Assembly: GCA_963667845.2 (NCBI GenBank)
Contig: CAXXVL010000002.1
Span: 1,824,001 to 1,888,000, forward strand
Direction: 5' to 3'
Length of the DNA: 64,000 bases
From: Smithellaceae bacterium
GTDB lineage: Bacteria; Desulfobacterota; Syntrophia; Syntrophales; Smithellaceae
The notes under the pieces are model-generated. The model was given only the letters and a program-made list of their open reading frames with translations, did not search any database and had not been told where the DNA came from. Position numbers and translations under genes: made by a program. Positions 8,947-18,299 of the stretch are shown here, in pieces; the first letter of the stretch is position 1, and each line of letters starts with the position of its first letter.

Positions 8947-9079
8947 GTATAACCTCGGAAAATAGAAAAGCCTCCTTGAAATGAAATATCCACTTCGTGG
9001 GAAGCCAACTTTTCAGATCCCAACAGGGTCTGTTTATTTCTATCTATAGAATAGATTTACAAGCAATGATGCTGTCTTC

Positions 9080-9277
9080 TTAATAAAACAATTCCTCGTA
9101 TCTCTTTTGCAATGCTTTTGCGACCTTTAATTCGGAATTCTTTCTTGTGGGTAGCCCTTTTTCCATTTTGGCTATTGTTTGCGGTGTTAATCAAGCCTTG
9201 CGGGCTAATGCTGACACACTAAGGGGAATCGCTTCTCTAAATTGTTTAACTCTATTTTCCCGGATATTCTCAACCAT
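9080..9277 (-). pseudogene. XRE-family HTH regulator with one in-frame TGA
   Basis: MVENIRENRVKQFREAIPLSVSALARKA*LTPQTIAKMEKG...VAKALQKRYEELFY; TGA at 9191-9193 where the HTH turn Gly is expected. Confidence 0.75.
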
Positions 9278-9313
9278 ATAAGGCCACCCCTCAAAAACAA
9301 AGAGCTCTAGCTT

Positions 9314-9544
9314 TTACTCTAATATTTCCAGAACTGCCCGTTTATGCACTTTGGCTGACGCGGCACTCAAAATAATGCGGATAGCTTTGGCCGTTCTCCC
9401 TTGCTTCCCAATAATTTTCCCTAAATCTTCCTTTGCCACACGCAATTCAATGACGGATGTTTGCACGCCGATGACTTCGGTTACTTCAACTTTGTCGGGA
9501 CTATCAACTAAAGATTGAGCGATAGACTTAATCAATTCCTTCAT
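9314..9544 (-). CDS. khpA: KH-domain RNA-binding protein (UPF0109/KhpA)
   Basis: [14 protein letters not shown]...[17 protein letters not shown]. Confidence 0.93.
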   Translation of the reverse strand: MKELIKSIAQSLVDSPDKVEVTEVIGVQTSVIELRVAKEDLGKIIGKQGRTAKAIRIILSAASAKVHKRAVLEILE

Positions 9545-9616
9545 CGTAAGCACCTCTACCGGTTTTGGTTAACACTGCTGGAAAATTCGCTTCAATATTC
9601 GCACCGCTTGTAATTT

Positions 9617-9895
9617 TTATTTAGTATCCACCATCCCCTTCAATTCCTTGCCAACCTTAAAAAACGGCAACCATTTCGGTTTTACGTCTATATTTTCTCC
9701 TGTTTTAGGATTCCTGCCCTTGTAAGCATCATACTTCTTCACGACAAAGCTCCCGAACCCTCTGATCTCGATCCTACAGCCGTTTTTAAGCTCATCTGCA
9801 AAACCGTCAAACATTAAATTAACAATGTCTGTTGCCTCTTTTTCAGTAAGGTTATTCTTCTTCGCCAAAACTTCGATCAAATCCGATTTATTCAT
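9617..9895 (-). CDS. ihfB: Integration host factor beta subunit
   Basis: MNKSDLIE...RIEIRGFGSF...GRNPKTGE...PFFKVGKELK. Confidence 0.9.
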   Translation of the reverse strand: MNKSDLIEVLAKKNNLTEKEATDIVNLMFDGFADELKNGCRIEIRGFGSFVVKKYDAYKGRNPKTGENIDVKPKWLPFFKVGKELKGMVDTK

Positions 9896-10271
9896 ACCGT
9901 TTCCTTATCAATATAATTTTCACTGATTATTTTCCTAATGATCAAACCGTTCCCGTATGCAATACACCAGGGTCTTTAGATCATCTTCCAGCAAAATCGA
10001 CAGAAAGTCCAGATCAGCGTCTGTTTTCAATAGTTTTTTATGATTTCAAGCAGGTCTTTTTTGTCCAAAACATTATTACTCAATGCAGCCTCCAGTTGAA
10101 TGCCTGACGATCAGGGATAAACCAATTCACCACATATATAACTTATAAATGAGAATCTTATTTAAACAACTACTTTTAGGAAAGGGGGAAATCTCTAACG
10201 CTCAGAGAATAAGTCAAAGCTTCAGCAAAATCAACCTTTATCAAAATCATTTTTAGAAAGGAGAAACAAAC

Positions 10272-10643
10272 ATGCTCAACCAATGCGTCTTAACAGGAAA
10301 CCTTGGTGACGATCCCAAGGTATTTTATTCACCGGAGGGCAATCCGGTCACATCATTCAATCTCGCTTTTCAGTCAGGGAAAAAGAAAACCTGCTGGATC
10401 AAAGTCGTCACGTTCCACAAGCTGGCGGAAGTCTGCTCTACCTATCTGCACAAAGGCGCCAGGATCGCCATTTCAGGAATCCTCGATCAAAACAAGTGGA
10501 CTACTGATGATGGCCAGAACCGCAGCACATTTCAGATCATCGGCAACTCTCTGGAGTTCATCAAAACAGACGGACGCGGATTCAAGGACGGAGAGGCAAG
10601 CGTTGAAGCCATTAACGACGATGTTTCATTTAATCACCCCTGA
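10272..10643 (+). CDS. ssb: Single-stranded DNA-binding protein
   Basis: NQCVLTGNLGDDP OB-fold; acidic tail DDVSF; RBS AAGGAG. Confidence 0.95.
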   Translation: MLNQCVLTGNLGDDPKVFYSPEGNPVTSFNLAFQSGKKKTCWIKVVTFHKLAEVCSTYLHKGARIAISGILDQNKWTTDDGQNRSTFQIIGNSLEFIKTDGRGFKDGEASVEAINDDVSFNHP

Positions 10644-10671
10644 TCTTAACACATCTCAAGGAGGACTATTC

Positions 10672-10779
10672 ATGCAGGCTAAGACAATCGCCGTACTGTT
10701 AAAGATCGCGGAAATTATCGCCAACATCTTTATCTCAACAAGGAATAAAAACGATAATAAAGGAGGCAACAAAAAATGA
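10672..10779 (+). CDS. Small amphipathic peptide (35 aa)
   Basis: RBS AGGAGG; MQAKTIAVLLKIAEIIANIFISTRNKNDNKGGNKK; ATGA overlap with next gene. Confidence 0.55.
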   Translation: MQAKTIAVLLKIAEIIANIFISTRNKNDNKGGNKK

Positions 10780-11864
10780 CCAGTCAGGAAGCACTGAAAA
10801 GAAGTGAAAAGTCGCAATGGCTCAAAGTATGGCAGGTGGATGACACCTGGTTTTACGTCGAGAGCGAAGATGGCAAGATCGCCTATAAGTGCTGCATTGC
10901 GGATCAGGGTGATTACTGCAATTGCGGAGACTTCGCCACACGATCCAAGAATGATCCCAATTTCAAATGCAAGCATCTGCTCGCCGTTATGAATTCCATC
11001 CCCAGGAATCTGGTGCTGGATGCCCAGTTCCTGGAGAAAAGAAGACCGAAGCTGGATGACACCTTTGTCAAACAGATCGATGACAAGGACTTTGTCCTTT
11101 ATGCCGGACTGCTCGATGTAGCTCACCAGAAGAACCTCTGCATGGTTGACGTGGACCTGCTCCAGTATCCCATGGAAGAAAACAAATACACCGCGATCTG
11201 CAAAGCGAAAGTCGAAACGATCGACGGGAGGAAGTTCTCAGACATCGGAGACGCCAACCCCCAGAACTGCAATTCCAAGGTGGCGAAACATCTTATCAGA
11301 ATGGCATCAACCAGGGCAAAAGCGAGAGCATTCCGGGATATGGATAACATCGGAATGACTGCGTTAGAGGAACTGGGTGACCTCAATGACATTATCGGTA
11401 ATGATGAAAACAGGAAACCTGCACAGAAAGGAACTGACAACGTCAGAAAATTTGCCAAACAGGTTAAATCCGTGTTCAAATCCGGAAATGGTGACGGTCA
11501 GAAAGCTGAATCCGCTCCTGACCAGCCGGTGAAGGATAATGTCATCTCCATGCCTGAGAAACAGACCCCTGTTATTGAACCTCAGCCTCAGCAGGAAGAA
11601 GCGAAGGAAACAAAACCGGCGCCAGTGAAAGCTTCTGCAAAATCTAATGGTAATGGCAACGGTGGCAATGGCAAGTCAAAACCGTCAGCTTCCCCTTTGA
11701 TGTCTGAAGCGCAAAAGTCGGCGCTCTACAATCTCTCCAGAAGACGCGGAATCTCCCTGGAAGACATCGAAACCAGATCAATGGATAAATACGGAGTTTC
11801 GGTAGAGCAATTGACTTCAGAATGCGCCGGCGAATTCATCCGCTATCTGCAAGCTGCATCATAG
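10776..11864 (+). CDS. SWIM zinc finger plus putative Rad52/Sak-like ssDNA-annealing domain protein
   Basis: SWIM CNCGDF...CKH; central AICKAKV...FSDIGDA...IRMASTRAKARAFR pattern typical of Rad52-fold annealases; low-complexity linker. Confidence 0.7.
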   Translation: MTSQEALKRSEKSQWLKVWQVDDTWFYVESEDGKIAYKCCIADQGDYCNCGDFATRSKNDPNFKCKHLLAVMNSIPRNLVLDAQFLEKRRPKLDDTFVKQIDDKDFVLYAGLLDVAHQKNLCMVDVDLLQYPMEENKYTAICKAKVETIDGRKFSDIGDANPQNCNSKVAKHLIRMASTRAKARAFRDMDNIGMTALEELGDLNDIIGNDENRKPAQKGTDNVRKFAKQVKSVFKSGNGDGQKAESAPDQPVKDNVISMPEKQTPVIEPQPQQEEAKETKPAPVKASAKSNGNGNGGNGKSKPSASPLMSEAQKSALYNLSRRRGISLEDIETRSMDKYGVSVEQLTSECAGEFIRYLQAAS

Positions 11865-12027
11865 ATCACTTAATCAACTATAAAACAAATCAATAAAGCG
11901 ATTCTTCAGCAACCAGGGACAGGATAACATCCATTTATCTTCGTCCATCTATCCTATTATCCAATCAGTTGTCCTGTCCCTATCCCAAATACGCAGGGGT
12001 CTGCGCTTTTTAGAAACGAGGTGAAGA

Positions 12028-12843
12028 ATGGAGTTAACCGATTTAAGAAAAGTGGCACATTTATCGGCAAGTTCAGTTAACGATTATATCGACTGCGGTC
12101 TTCTGTATAAGTTCGGCAGAATCGATAAAATACAGGCGGACTTTAAACCGGATGCACTGGAGTTCGGGAGCGCCGTTCATCTGGCGTTGGCTGATTTCCA
12201 CATGGAAAAGATGAGAGGGAAATTCCCTAGCGTGAAAATGCTGCATGAGTTTTTTGAAATGCACTGGAGGAAACTGACCAATACAAGAGACGATATTAAA
12301 TACGCTGAAGGCAACAATCCGGAGATTCTCCTTTTACAGGGTCAGGAATTACTGACCGCTTATTACAACAAGTCCTCCTGGCGGGAATTTGAATGCATCG
12401 GGATTGAAGAGCCTTTCAGTTTTACCATTGAAGGTTGTCCCCTCCCTATCATCGGGTCCATTGACCTCATGGAGAAGGACAAAGCTGGGACCATCATCAT
12501 CAACGATTTCAAAACATCGGCTCGCAGCTATTCCAATGATGAAGTCGATAAAAACTTCCAGCTGACGCTTTACCAGATGGCGGCCAGAGCAACTGGATAT
12601 GCAGATTCGGATATCCTTTTGAGGTTTGACTGTTTAATCAAAACAAAACAGCCGAAATTCGATTCCTATTACACCACCCGCAGCGTTACGGATGAAATCC
12701 GGGCGAGAAGAAAGATCATTGAAGTGGCCAAAGGGATATCTCAGGGAATATTCATTCCCAATGATTCGCCGCAGAATTGGAAGTGCAAAGGCTGCTCGTT
12801 TAAGAAAAACTGCGATTCCTGGTTTATGGAGGAGGCCGCATGA
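12028..12843 (+). CDS. AddB/RecB-like PD-(D/E)XK nuclease with Fe-S staple cysteines
   Basis: HLSASSV..YIDC, FGSAVH, GSIDL, NDFKT, QLTLY, C-terminal CKGCSFKKNC. Confidence 0.9.
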   Translation: MELTDLRKVAHLSASSVNDYIDCGLLYKFGRIDKIQADFKPDALEFGSAVHLALADFHMEKMRGKFPSVKMLHEFFEMHWRKLTNTRDDIKYAEGNNPEILLLQGQELLTAYYNKSSWREFECIGIEEPFSFTIEGCPLPIIGSIDLMEKDKAGTIIINDFKTSARSYSNDEVDKNFQLTLYQMAARATGYADSDILLRFDCLIKTKQPKFDSYYTTRSVTDEIRARRKIIEVAKGISQGIFIPNDSPQNWKCKGCSFKKNCDSWFMEEAA

Positions 12844-13262
12844 CAAAAGAATCTATTCTGGAAGCTCAGGATTATCTGAGGGTAAAAACGGAAGACGGTT
12901 ACAAACGCATCATTGATATTCACGCTCTATTTAAGCGTCACAACACCAATGAAGTGATCCGGTTCCTGAAAGATTATCTCAGGGAAAAGACAAACTCATT
13001 AAAGAGCATGATCGTCATCGATAAAACCCATCAAAAAGTGGATCGGATTGTGGCAGCGATGTTCAGAATAAGCATGGCGATCAAAACATTGGAGGAAGGA
13101 GAGGAGGTGATCATACTTGAAAGGCCTGAACAGGGAACAAAAGAAAGCGGCAAGCTTCACAAGTGGCATAGCAGCCGTCATAACAGGACCAGGCGCGGGA
13201 AAGACTCTCGTCATGATGGAAAGAATAGGAAATCTGGTCAAACGATGCAACGTGCCGCCTGA
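12840..13262 (+). CDS. Hypothetical protein
   Basis: RBS GGAGGAGG; ATGA overlap with nuclease gene; 3' end overlaps helicase gene. Confidence 0.65.
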   Translation: MTKESILEAQDYLRVKTEDGYKRIIDIHALFKRHNTNEVIRFLKDYLREKTNSLKSMIVIDKTHQKVDRIVAAMFRISMAIKTLEEGEEVIILERPEQGTKESGKLHKWHSSRHNRTRRGKDSRHDGKNRKSGQTMQRAA

Positions 13263-14979
13263 ATCCATCATCGGACTCACGTTTAATAGGAACGCAGCTG
13301 ATCAAATGCGCCGGAGACTGGTTCCTGTATTGGGGGAACTGGCGCAAAGAGTAACATTGTCAACAATTCACAGCTGGTGCCATTACCTGTTGAGGACGGA
13401 AGGAAAACTCTTTGAGATAATCTCCGGTAAAGAGCAGTTCAGTTTTGTCAGAAACCTCATGAAGCGCAAGCGGATGGATATATCCGTAGGATCGTTGCTT
13501 AGGGAGATCAGTCTCGCTAAAAACAACCTGATCGGCGTTGAGGAGTTTCGCGCTCTTTATGAATCTGACAAAAACATGCAGAAAATAGCCGATATTTATG
13601 AAAGTTACGAGAAGGAAAAAGCAAAAAAATGCCTGCTGGACTTTGATGACCTGTTGCTGGAGACCTATTTTCTATTAAATACCAATGATGCCATCCGGGA
13701 TAAATACGCCAGCCGTTATCACCATGTTCTGATCGATGAATTCCAGGACACAAACCCTGTTCAGCTGGAGATTATCAAGCTGATTGTCGATCAGGATCAC
13801 AATGAAGGGAAATCTTACTGGGTTGCGGGAGACGATTGGCAAAGCATTTACAGTTTCGCCGGCGCTTCCGTCAATAACATCCTCAATTTCCAGAGTACAT
13901 TTCAACAATCAAAACTCTTCATCCTGAATGTCAATTACCGCTCAACACCGCAGATATTGAAAGCGTGTCAAAATCTGATTCATCACAACGTCAGGAAAAT
14001 AGAAAAGACGCTGAAGACGGATAATGAAAATGGAGAGGAGGTCATTATCCTGGAATCGTCATCGGAGGAAGGAGAAGGATTAAACCTGGTCAATGAGATA
14101 CGGGATTTGATTGACCAGAAAGGGTATCAGTATAAAGACGTCGCTGTCTTATACCGGGCAAATTTCCAGAGCAGAGTCGTTGAAGAAACCTTTGCCCAGA
14201 TGAAAATACCCTATCACATCGAGAACGGATTGAACTTCTATCAGCGATCAGAAGTCAGATACATTCTGGAATATTTGAGATTGATTCTCAATCCGGACTC
14301 TGAAGATGGCGACGAGGCGTTGAAGTCAGTATTAAATGTTCCTAACCGGTATATCAGCAGGAAGTTCATTCAGGAACTGGCTGAGTTTTCCAATAAGACC
14401 AATGTCCATCTGTTTCAGGGTTTAAAGTCCATGCCGGTTGACCTCCCCTACCTCCGGAAGAATGTAAAGGACTTCATTTCGTTTATCAGTCCTTTAGCTG
14501 ACTATGCGCCTAATCTGAACCCTGTTGAAGTTATCCAATTGCTGAGAAGTCAGCTGGATTATGACCGGTTTATTACAGATGAGGATATCCCAACGCCGGA
14601 TGATGTAAAGGTAGCCAACCTGAATCAGCTTCAGTTGTCAGCAGCCCGATACTCCAGCATTGAATCCTTCCTGGAATACACGGATAGTTTTGATGAGCAG
14701 ATGAGCAATGACAAAGAAGGAGTGGCTCTGATGACCATCCACAAAGCGAAGGGACTTGAATTTCCAATCGTCTTTGTCATCGGTCTGGTCGAAGGAATCA
14801 CACCCACCAAGAAAGGCGATATGGAGGAAGAACGGCGAATAGTCTTTGTGGCCATATCCCGAGCCATGAAAATCCTCTACATCAGCTTTTCACACACCTT
14901 TCTGGGACAAGCTGTGAAGAAGTCCCTGTTTATCGATGAAATCACAGGGTCTGAGCAGACCTCAATAACAGCCGCTTAA
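13117..14979 (+). CDS. UvrD/PcrA-family SF1A helicase
   Basis: GPGAGKT, IDEFQD, GDDWQSIYSF, NYRS, TIHKAKGLEF, EERRIVFVAISRA; TTG start after GAGGAGGTGA. Confidence 0.95.
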   Translation: MKGLNREQKKAASFTSGIAAVITGPGAGKTLVMMERIGNLVKRCNVPPESIIGLTFNRNAADQMRRRLVPVLGELAQRVTLSTIHSWCHYLLRTEGKLFEIISGKEQFSFVRNLMKRKRMDISVGSLLREISLAKNNLIGVEEFRALYESDKNMQKIADIYESYEKEKAKKCLLDFDDLLLETYFLLNTNDAIRDKYASRYHHVLIDEFQDTNPVQLEIIKLIVDQDHNEGKSYWVAGDDWQSIYSFAGASVNNILNFQSTFQQSKLFILNVNYRSTPQILKACQNLIHHNVRKIEKTLKTDNENGEEVIILESSSEEGEGLNLVNEIRDLIDQKGYQYKDVAVLYRANFQSRVVEETFAQMKIPYHIENGLNFYQRSEVRYILEYLRLILNPDSEDGDEALKSVLNVPNRYISRKFIQELAEFSNKTNVHLFQGLKSMPVDLPYLRKNVKDFISFISPLADYAPNLNPVEVIQLLRSQLDYDRFITDEDIPTPDDVKVANLNQLQLSAARYSSIESFLEYTDSFDEQMSNDKEGVALMTIHKAKGLEFPIVFVIGLVEGITPTKKGDMEEERRIVFVAISRAMKILYISFSHTFLGQAVKKSLFIDEITGSEQTSITAA

Positions 14980-15091
14980 ACCGTCTAAACGCTTCTCCAC
15001 ATGAAAACAGCCAGCAGCTAACCCCAATATCAGGGAAGGAATAAACGCCTTCCCTTTTTCATATATCAAAGAATGAGAGGTTATATAACCC

Positions 15092-15523
15092 ATGAACAGG
15101 TCAAAAGCTTTTGTGAGCATCTATTGCAAAATCTACACGGAGAATTTCAGCCAGGAAATGATCGACAGGTACGCCACCGGTAAGGAAATTTATAATTTCC
15201 TATTAAAAGACGCGAAATGCTGCCTGCCGCTGAGAGGAGATTGTAACCTCTGGTATCTCGGCTCAAACGAAAAGTTCGGCAACATCATTTACAATGACCG
15301 GGTCTGGCACTGGGGTTTCGGCGAAGCGTCATTTGATAAAGTCCAGGAGTTCATCGACGCTGTTTATCAGGATGGACTCTTTACCAGGAGGCAATACAAG
15401 AACCTGTCAGCTAAAATTGAAGAAGGTCGCCGGATAGAAGATATGTATCAGATCAGCGATTACCTTTCCCAAAAACACAAACCAACACTGAACACAGTAA
15501 AGGAGAACCACCATGTCTTATGA
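15092..15523 (+). CDS. Hypothetical protein
   Basis: RBS GAGG; in operon, overlaps next gene. Confidence 0.75.
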   Translation: MNRSKAFVSIYCKIYTENFSQEMIDRYATGKEIYNFLLKDAKCCLPLRGDCNLWYLGSNEKFGNIIYNDRVWHWGFGEASFDKVQEFIDAVYQDGLFTRRQYKNLSAKIEEGRRIEDMYQISDYLSQKHKPTLNTVKENHHVL

Positions 15524-16214
15524 AATATTGCATTTTCGCAATGCAAACCAGATTATCAAAGAAAAGAAGATGACCAAGGAAGTGAAGTCGGTCATGGATT
15601 ACCTCAATGACGCTTTATACGGCACCAATCATAAAAGCGAATTATTGCGTCAGGTACTGACCGAAATGAACTGGCGCCAGAACGGTGATCTGAACATTCT
15701 GGATGGACGGAGATACTTTTACAAGGGTTTTAAGAACCGTGTGGCCATTGACGGCAGCTTTTCGAGCTATGAGTATATCCAGGACGCTCTCCTCAGATTG
15801 CAAGTGGGATTCGACAAGAAGAAGATTGATATGGGGATTGTCATGGTCACATCTCAGAGAAGTGACAAGAGCAAACTGGGAACGACAAAGGAACTGGTTT
15901 CCAAGGAAATCGAGATGCTTCATCCCACAATAAGCCTGCCGGTGATAATCGTCCTGTTTGATCTGGGAAGACCAGGGGAAATCTATCAGGAAAATGAACA
16001 GAAGAAGGAAGAACCTTTACCAGATCACCCTGTCATCGATTCGAAATTAGCTGATAAATACCTTCACGGCAATCAGGCGGATAAAGCTGAAAATGACAAT
16101 GAAGTTCATTCCAATGTTGAAGAACAAGCTTTTCACGAAGCTTTAAAGAACAAGAAGAAACCCCGTGCCAAATCCAAGAAAGCACTATCTCCGGATCAGC
16201 AGCAGGCAGCCTGA
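15513..16214 (+). CDS. Restriction-endonuclease-fold (BglII/BstYI-like) protein
   Basis: FKNRVAIDGSFSSYEYIQDALLRLQVGFDKKKIDMGIVM resembles the BglII/BstYI core; catalytic residues atypical. Confidence 0.55.
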   Translation: MSYEILHFRNANQIIKEKKMTKEVKSVMDYLNDALYGTNHKSELLRQVLTEMNWRQNGDLNILDGRRYFYKGFKNRVAIDGSFSSYEYIQDALLRLQVGFDKKKIDMGIVMVTSQRSDKSKLGTTKELVSKEIEMLHPTISLPVIIVLFDLGRPGEIYQENEQKKEEPLPDHPVIDSKLADKYLHGNQADKAENDNEVHSNVEEQAFHEALKNKKKPRAKSKKALSPDQQQAA

Positions 16215-16231
16215 ATCAATGGAGGTGATTT

Positions 16232-16456
16232 ATGGCCTATACGCCTGAGCTGTCATTAGAAGGATCACAAACCTTAAGAAGGATCGCATGGGCGCTGGGG
16301 AAACCGATGACCAAATCCCTTGATTTCGTGGTGAAGAACATCACGATGTTCATCGACCCCAAAAAGATATGCGCCAAATGCAAAGATAATTCTATCTGCG
16401 CTCAATGCATCTTCAGCGATCAGAATCACAAGTCCTGCGATCAAGTTTTTCAATAA
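16232..16456 (+). CDS. Small protein with RHH-like N-terminus and C4 zinc motif
   Basis: RBS GGAGGTG; CAKC...CAQC. Confidence 0.7.
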   Translation: MAYTPELSLEGSQTLRRIAWALGKPMTKSLDFVVKNITMFIDPKKICAKCKDNSICAQCIFSDQNHKSCDQVFQ

Positions 16457-16583
16457 TCAATAAACCATTGGGAGCCGCCCGTCCGCTAATTTGGATACGC
16501 ACCCTGTAGCTTCGTCAGGGGAAATATAATGCATCAGGTGGTGAAAGATGCATCTCCCAAACTTATAAGACAAGGAGGAAACC

Positions 16584-17522
16584 ATGTCACAGATGACAAC
16601 GCTCTTATCAGTCATGGAAAGAGTAGAAAGTATGTCTAAGAACCATGTTGATCAAAATATCAAAACCAGGGAAATATCCTTTGAAAACCTGACCACCATC
16701 ATCATTGGCAGTGATGAGCATGTGTTAAAACCCATAGCACAGCAGTCCATTGCCAATCGATTAGGAATACCCATTCAATATCTGAGAAAATGTCCTGAGG
16801 ATATCCAGGCGCTCAATCTGAATCACTGGATTAAATACGAAAAGAATGAAGAATTATTCTTTCGATTTGATGGTGATGAGGTAAGGGCCATTTTCACGCC
16901 GAGATATATCCCGACAGATAACGTGGAAGTCCTGCAAAAGCTTGATGCTCTTCATTATGCAGTTGATACAAAAGTGCAGTGCAGTTTGGATGATGAATTT
17001 ATGTCATTGAGCATTCCGGATGGCAGACAGACATTCAATGTGAATGGAGAGAAGATGACTCCAGGCATATCTGTCAGTAATTCCGAAGTGGGACTGGCTT
17101 CATTGTCAATTGCTTCGTTTATGCTCAGGTTAATCTGCACGAATGGTCTTATCTCCAAGACTGAAGTAACAGCATCCTATCGCCATGTATCAGCGAAAAT
17201 CCTTACAGGACTCCCAGAAGTCTTTCACAACGTATCCCAAGAACTGGGAAGACAGAAGGCGCAGGTCCAATTGTCTCTGGAAAGCAAGGTTGATTATCCG
17301 GAGAGCACCATTAACAGGTTCAGTAGCCAGTTTCTGTTAAATAAGACGGAGAAAGAGGCCGTGGAATGGGCATTGCCAATTGAATACGGATACACAATGT
17401 TTCATATGGTCAATGTCTATACCAAGGCGGCGCAGTTTAAGGAACTGCCGGCAGAGAGTAGCTTCAGATTGGAAAAAGTGGGCGGAACGATTCTGGGGAT
17501 GGTGAAGCAGGCTGTGGATTAA
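16584..17522 (+). CDS. DUF932-family phage/plasmid protein
   Basis: GISVSNSEVG...MLRLICTNGLI...YRH signature; RBS AGGAGG. Confidence 0.9.
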   Translation: MSQMTTLLSVMERVESMSKNHVDQNIKTREISFENLTTIIIGSDEHVLKPIAQQSIANRLGIPIQYLRKCPEDIQALNLNHWIKYEKNEELFFRFDGDEVRAIFTPRYIPTDNVEVLQKLDALHYAVDTKVQCSLDDEFMSLSIPDGRQTFNVNGEKMTPGISVSNSEVGLASLSIASFMLRLICTNGLISKTEVTASYRHVSAKILTGLPEVFHNVSQELGRQKAQVQLSLESKVDYPESTINRFSSQFLLNKTEKEAVEWALPIEYGYTMFHMVNVYTKAAQFKELPAESSFRLEKVGGTILGMVKQAVD

Positions 17523-17543
17523 GAAGAAGAAGAAGAAAGATGT

Positions 17544-17610
17544 TAGGGTCAGCATGGGTTTCCGAGAGGGGGTCTGTGCTGATTTTCTTAAGTCATATTT
17601 CTTTTTTTTG
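17544..17610 (+). terminator. Hairpin plus T-tract ending the recombination operon
   Basis: GTCAGCATGG...CTGTGCTGAT then T-rich sequence. Confidence 0.45.
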
Positions 17611-17849
17611 GTTAGCCAATACATATTTTTCTATTGGACACTATATGGGGGAGCAAGTGTGATATATAGTTACTGAGCTGATATCTTTGATGTTATGATC
17701 GATTTTTGATTTTTTGATAACATTTTACCAGTTGCATTGTTCTTTGGATGTTGTATTATGCCGTAACTAATAGATAATTTTGATATCCACCCCAAATAGA
17801 ATAAATTTATATCTTAGACTTGGCCAGCGGCGTGCATTGAAAATAAAGT

Positions 17850-18299
17850 ATGGAAATAGCAAAAATAGAACTCGCAGATAAACATATTTTTGAAAAAATA
17901 AAAGCATCCATAAGTCGCATGCATTATGTAGAGTGCGGTCTTTGTGGAACTATCCGCGTTGAAGCAATTGAATTGGCGCGCGTATTTCATTCTTCTATTG
18001 CTCATGTGGAGAAAGGCAATGAGAAGTTTAGATATTTGTGCTCAGACATTTTGGGGCAAATTATTGTATCAGCACCTGATGACTTTGATGACATAGAGGG
18101 TTACGAAAAATTTGAAAAATGGAAAGAGGAAAATGAAAGACCGGTTTACGATTTTCTAGATACATGCGATGGCACTGGCAACGTATGTGGCAGCTATGAT
18201 GATATTGTGCTTTTTAATGATTTAACCTGCGATTGCTTTAATAAAGACAAGATAAAGAACGAAATAGTTATTTATAATTATAATACGGCGCAGCTTTAA
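17850..18299 (+). CDS. Cys-rich acidic hypothetical protein
   Basis: CGLC and CDGTGNVC motifs; TAATG stop/start overlap with the SNF2 gene. Confidence 0.7.
   Translation: MEIAKIELADKHIFEKIKASISRMHYVECGLCGTIRVEAIELARVFHSSIAHVEKGNEKFRYLCSDILGQIIVSAPDDFDDIEGYEKFEKWKEENERPVYDFLDTCDGTGNVCGSYDDIVLFNDLTCDCFNKDKIKNEIVIYNYNTAQL

Noticed and set aside
3103..9193. Selenocysteine recoding of in-frame TGA codons at 3103-3105 and 9191-9193
   Set aside because: Neither lies at a Cys-equivalent redox position; point mutation is simpler
12028..12843. Cas4
   Set aside because: Shares Fe-S cysteines and the PD-(D/E)XK core, but no cas1/cas2 or array is present; the UvrD/SSB context fits an AddB-like nuclease
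17521..17538. (AAG)n microsatellite after the DUF932 gene
   Set aside because: Short, intergenic, no evidence of a phase-variation role
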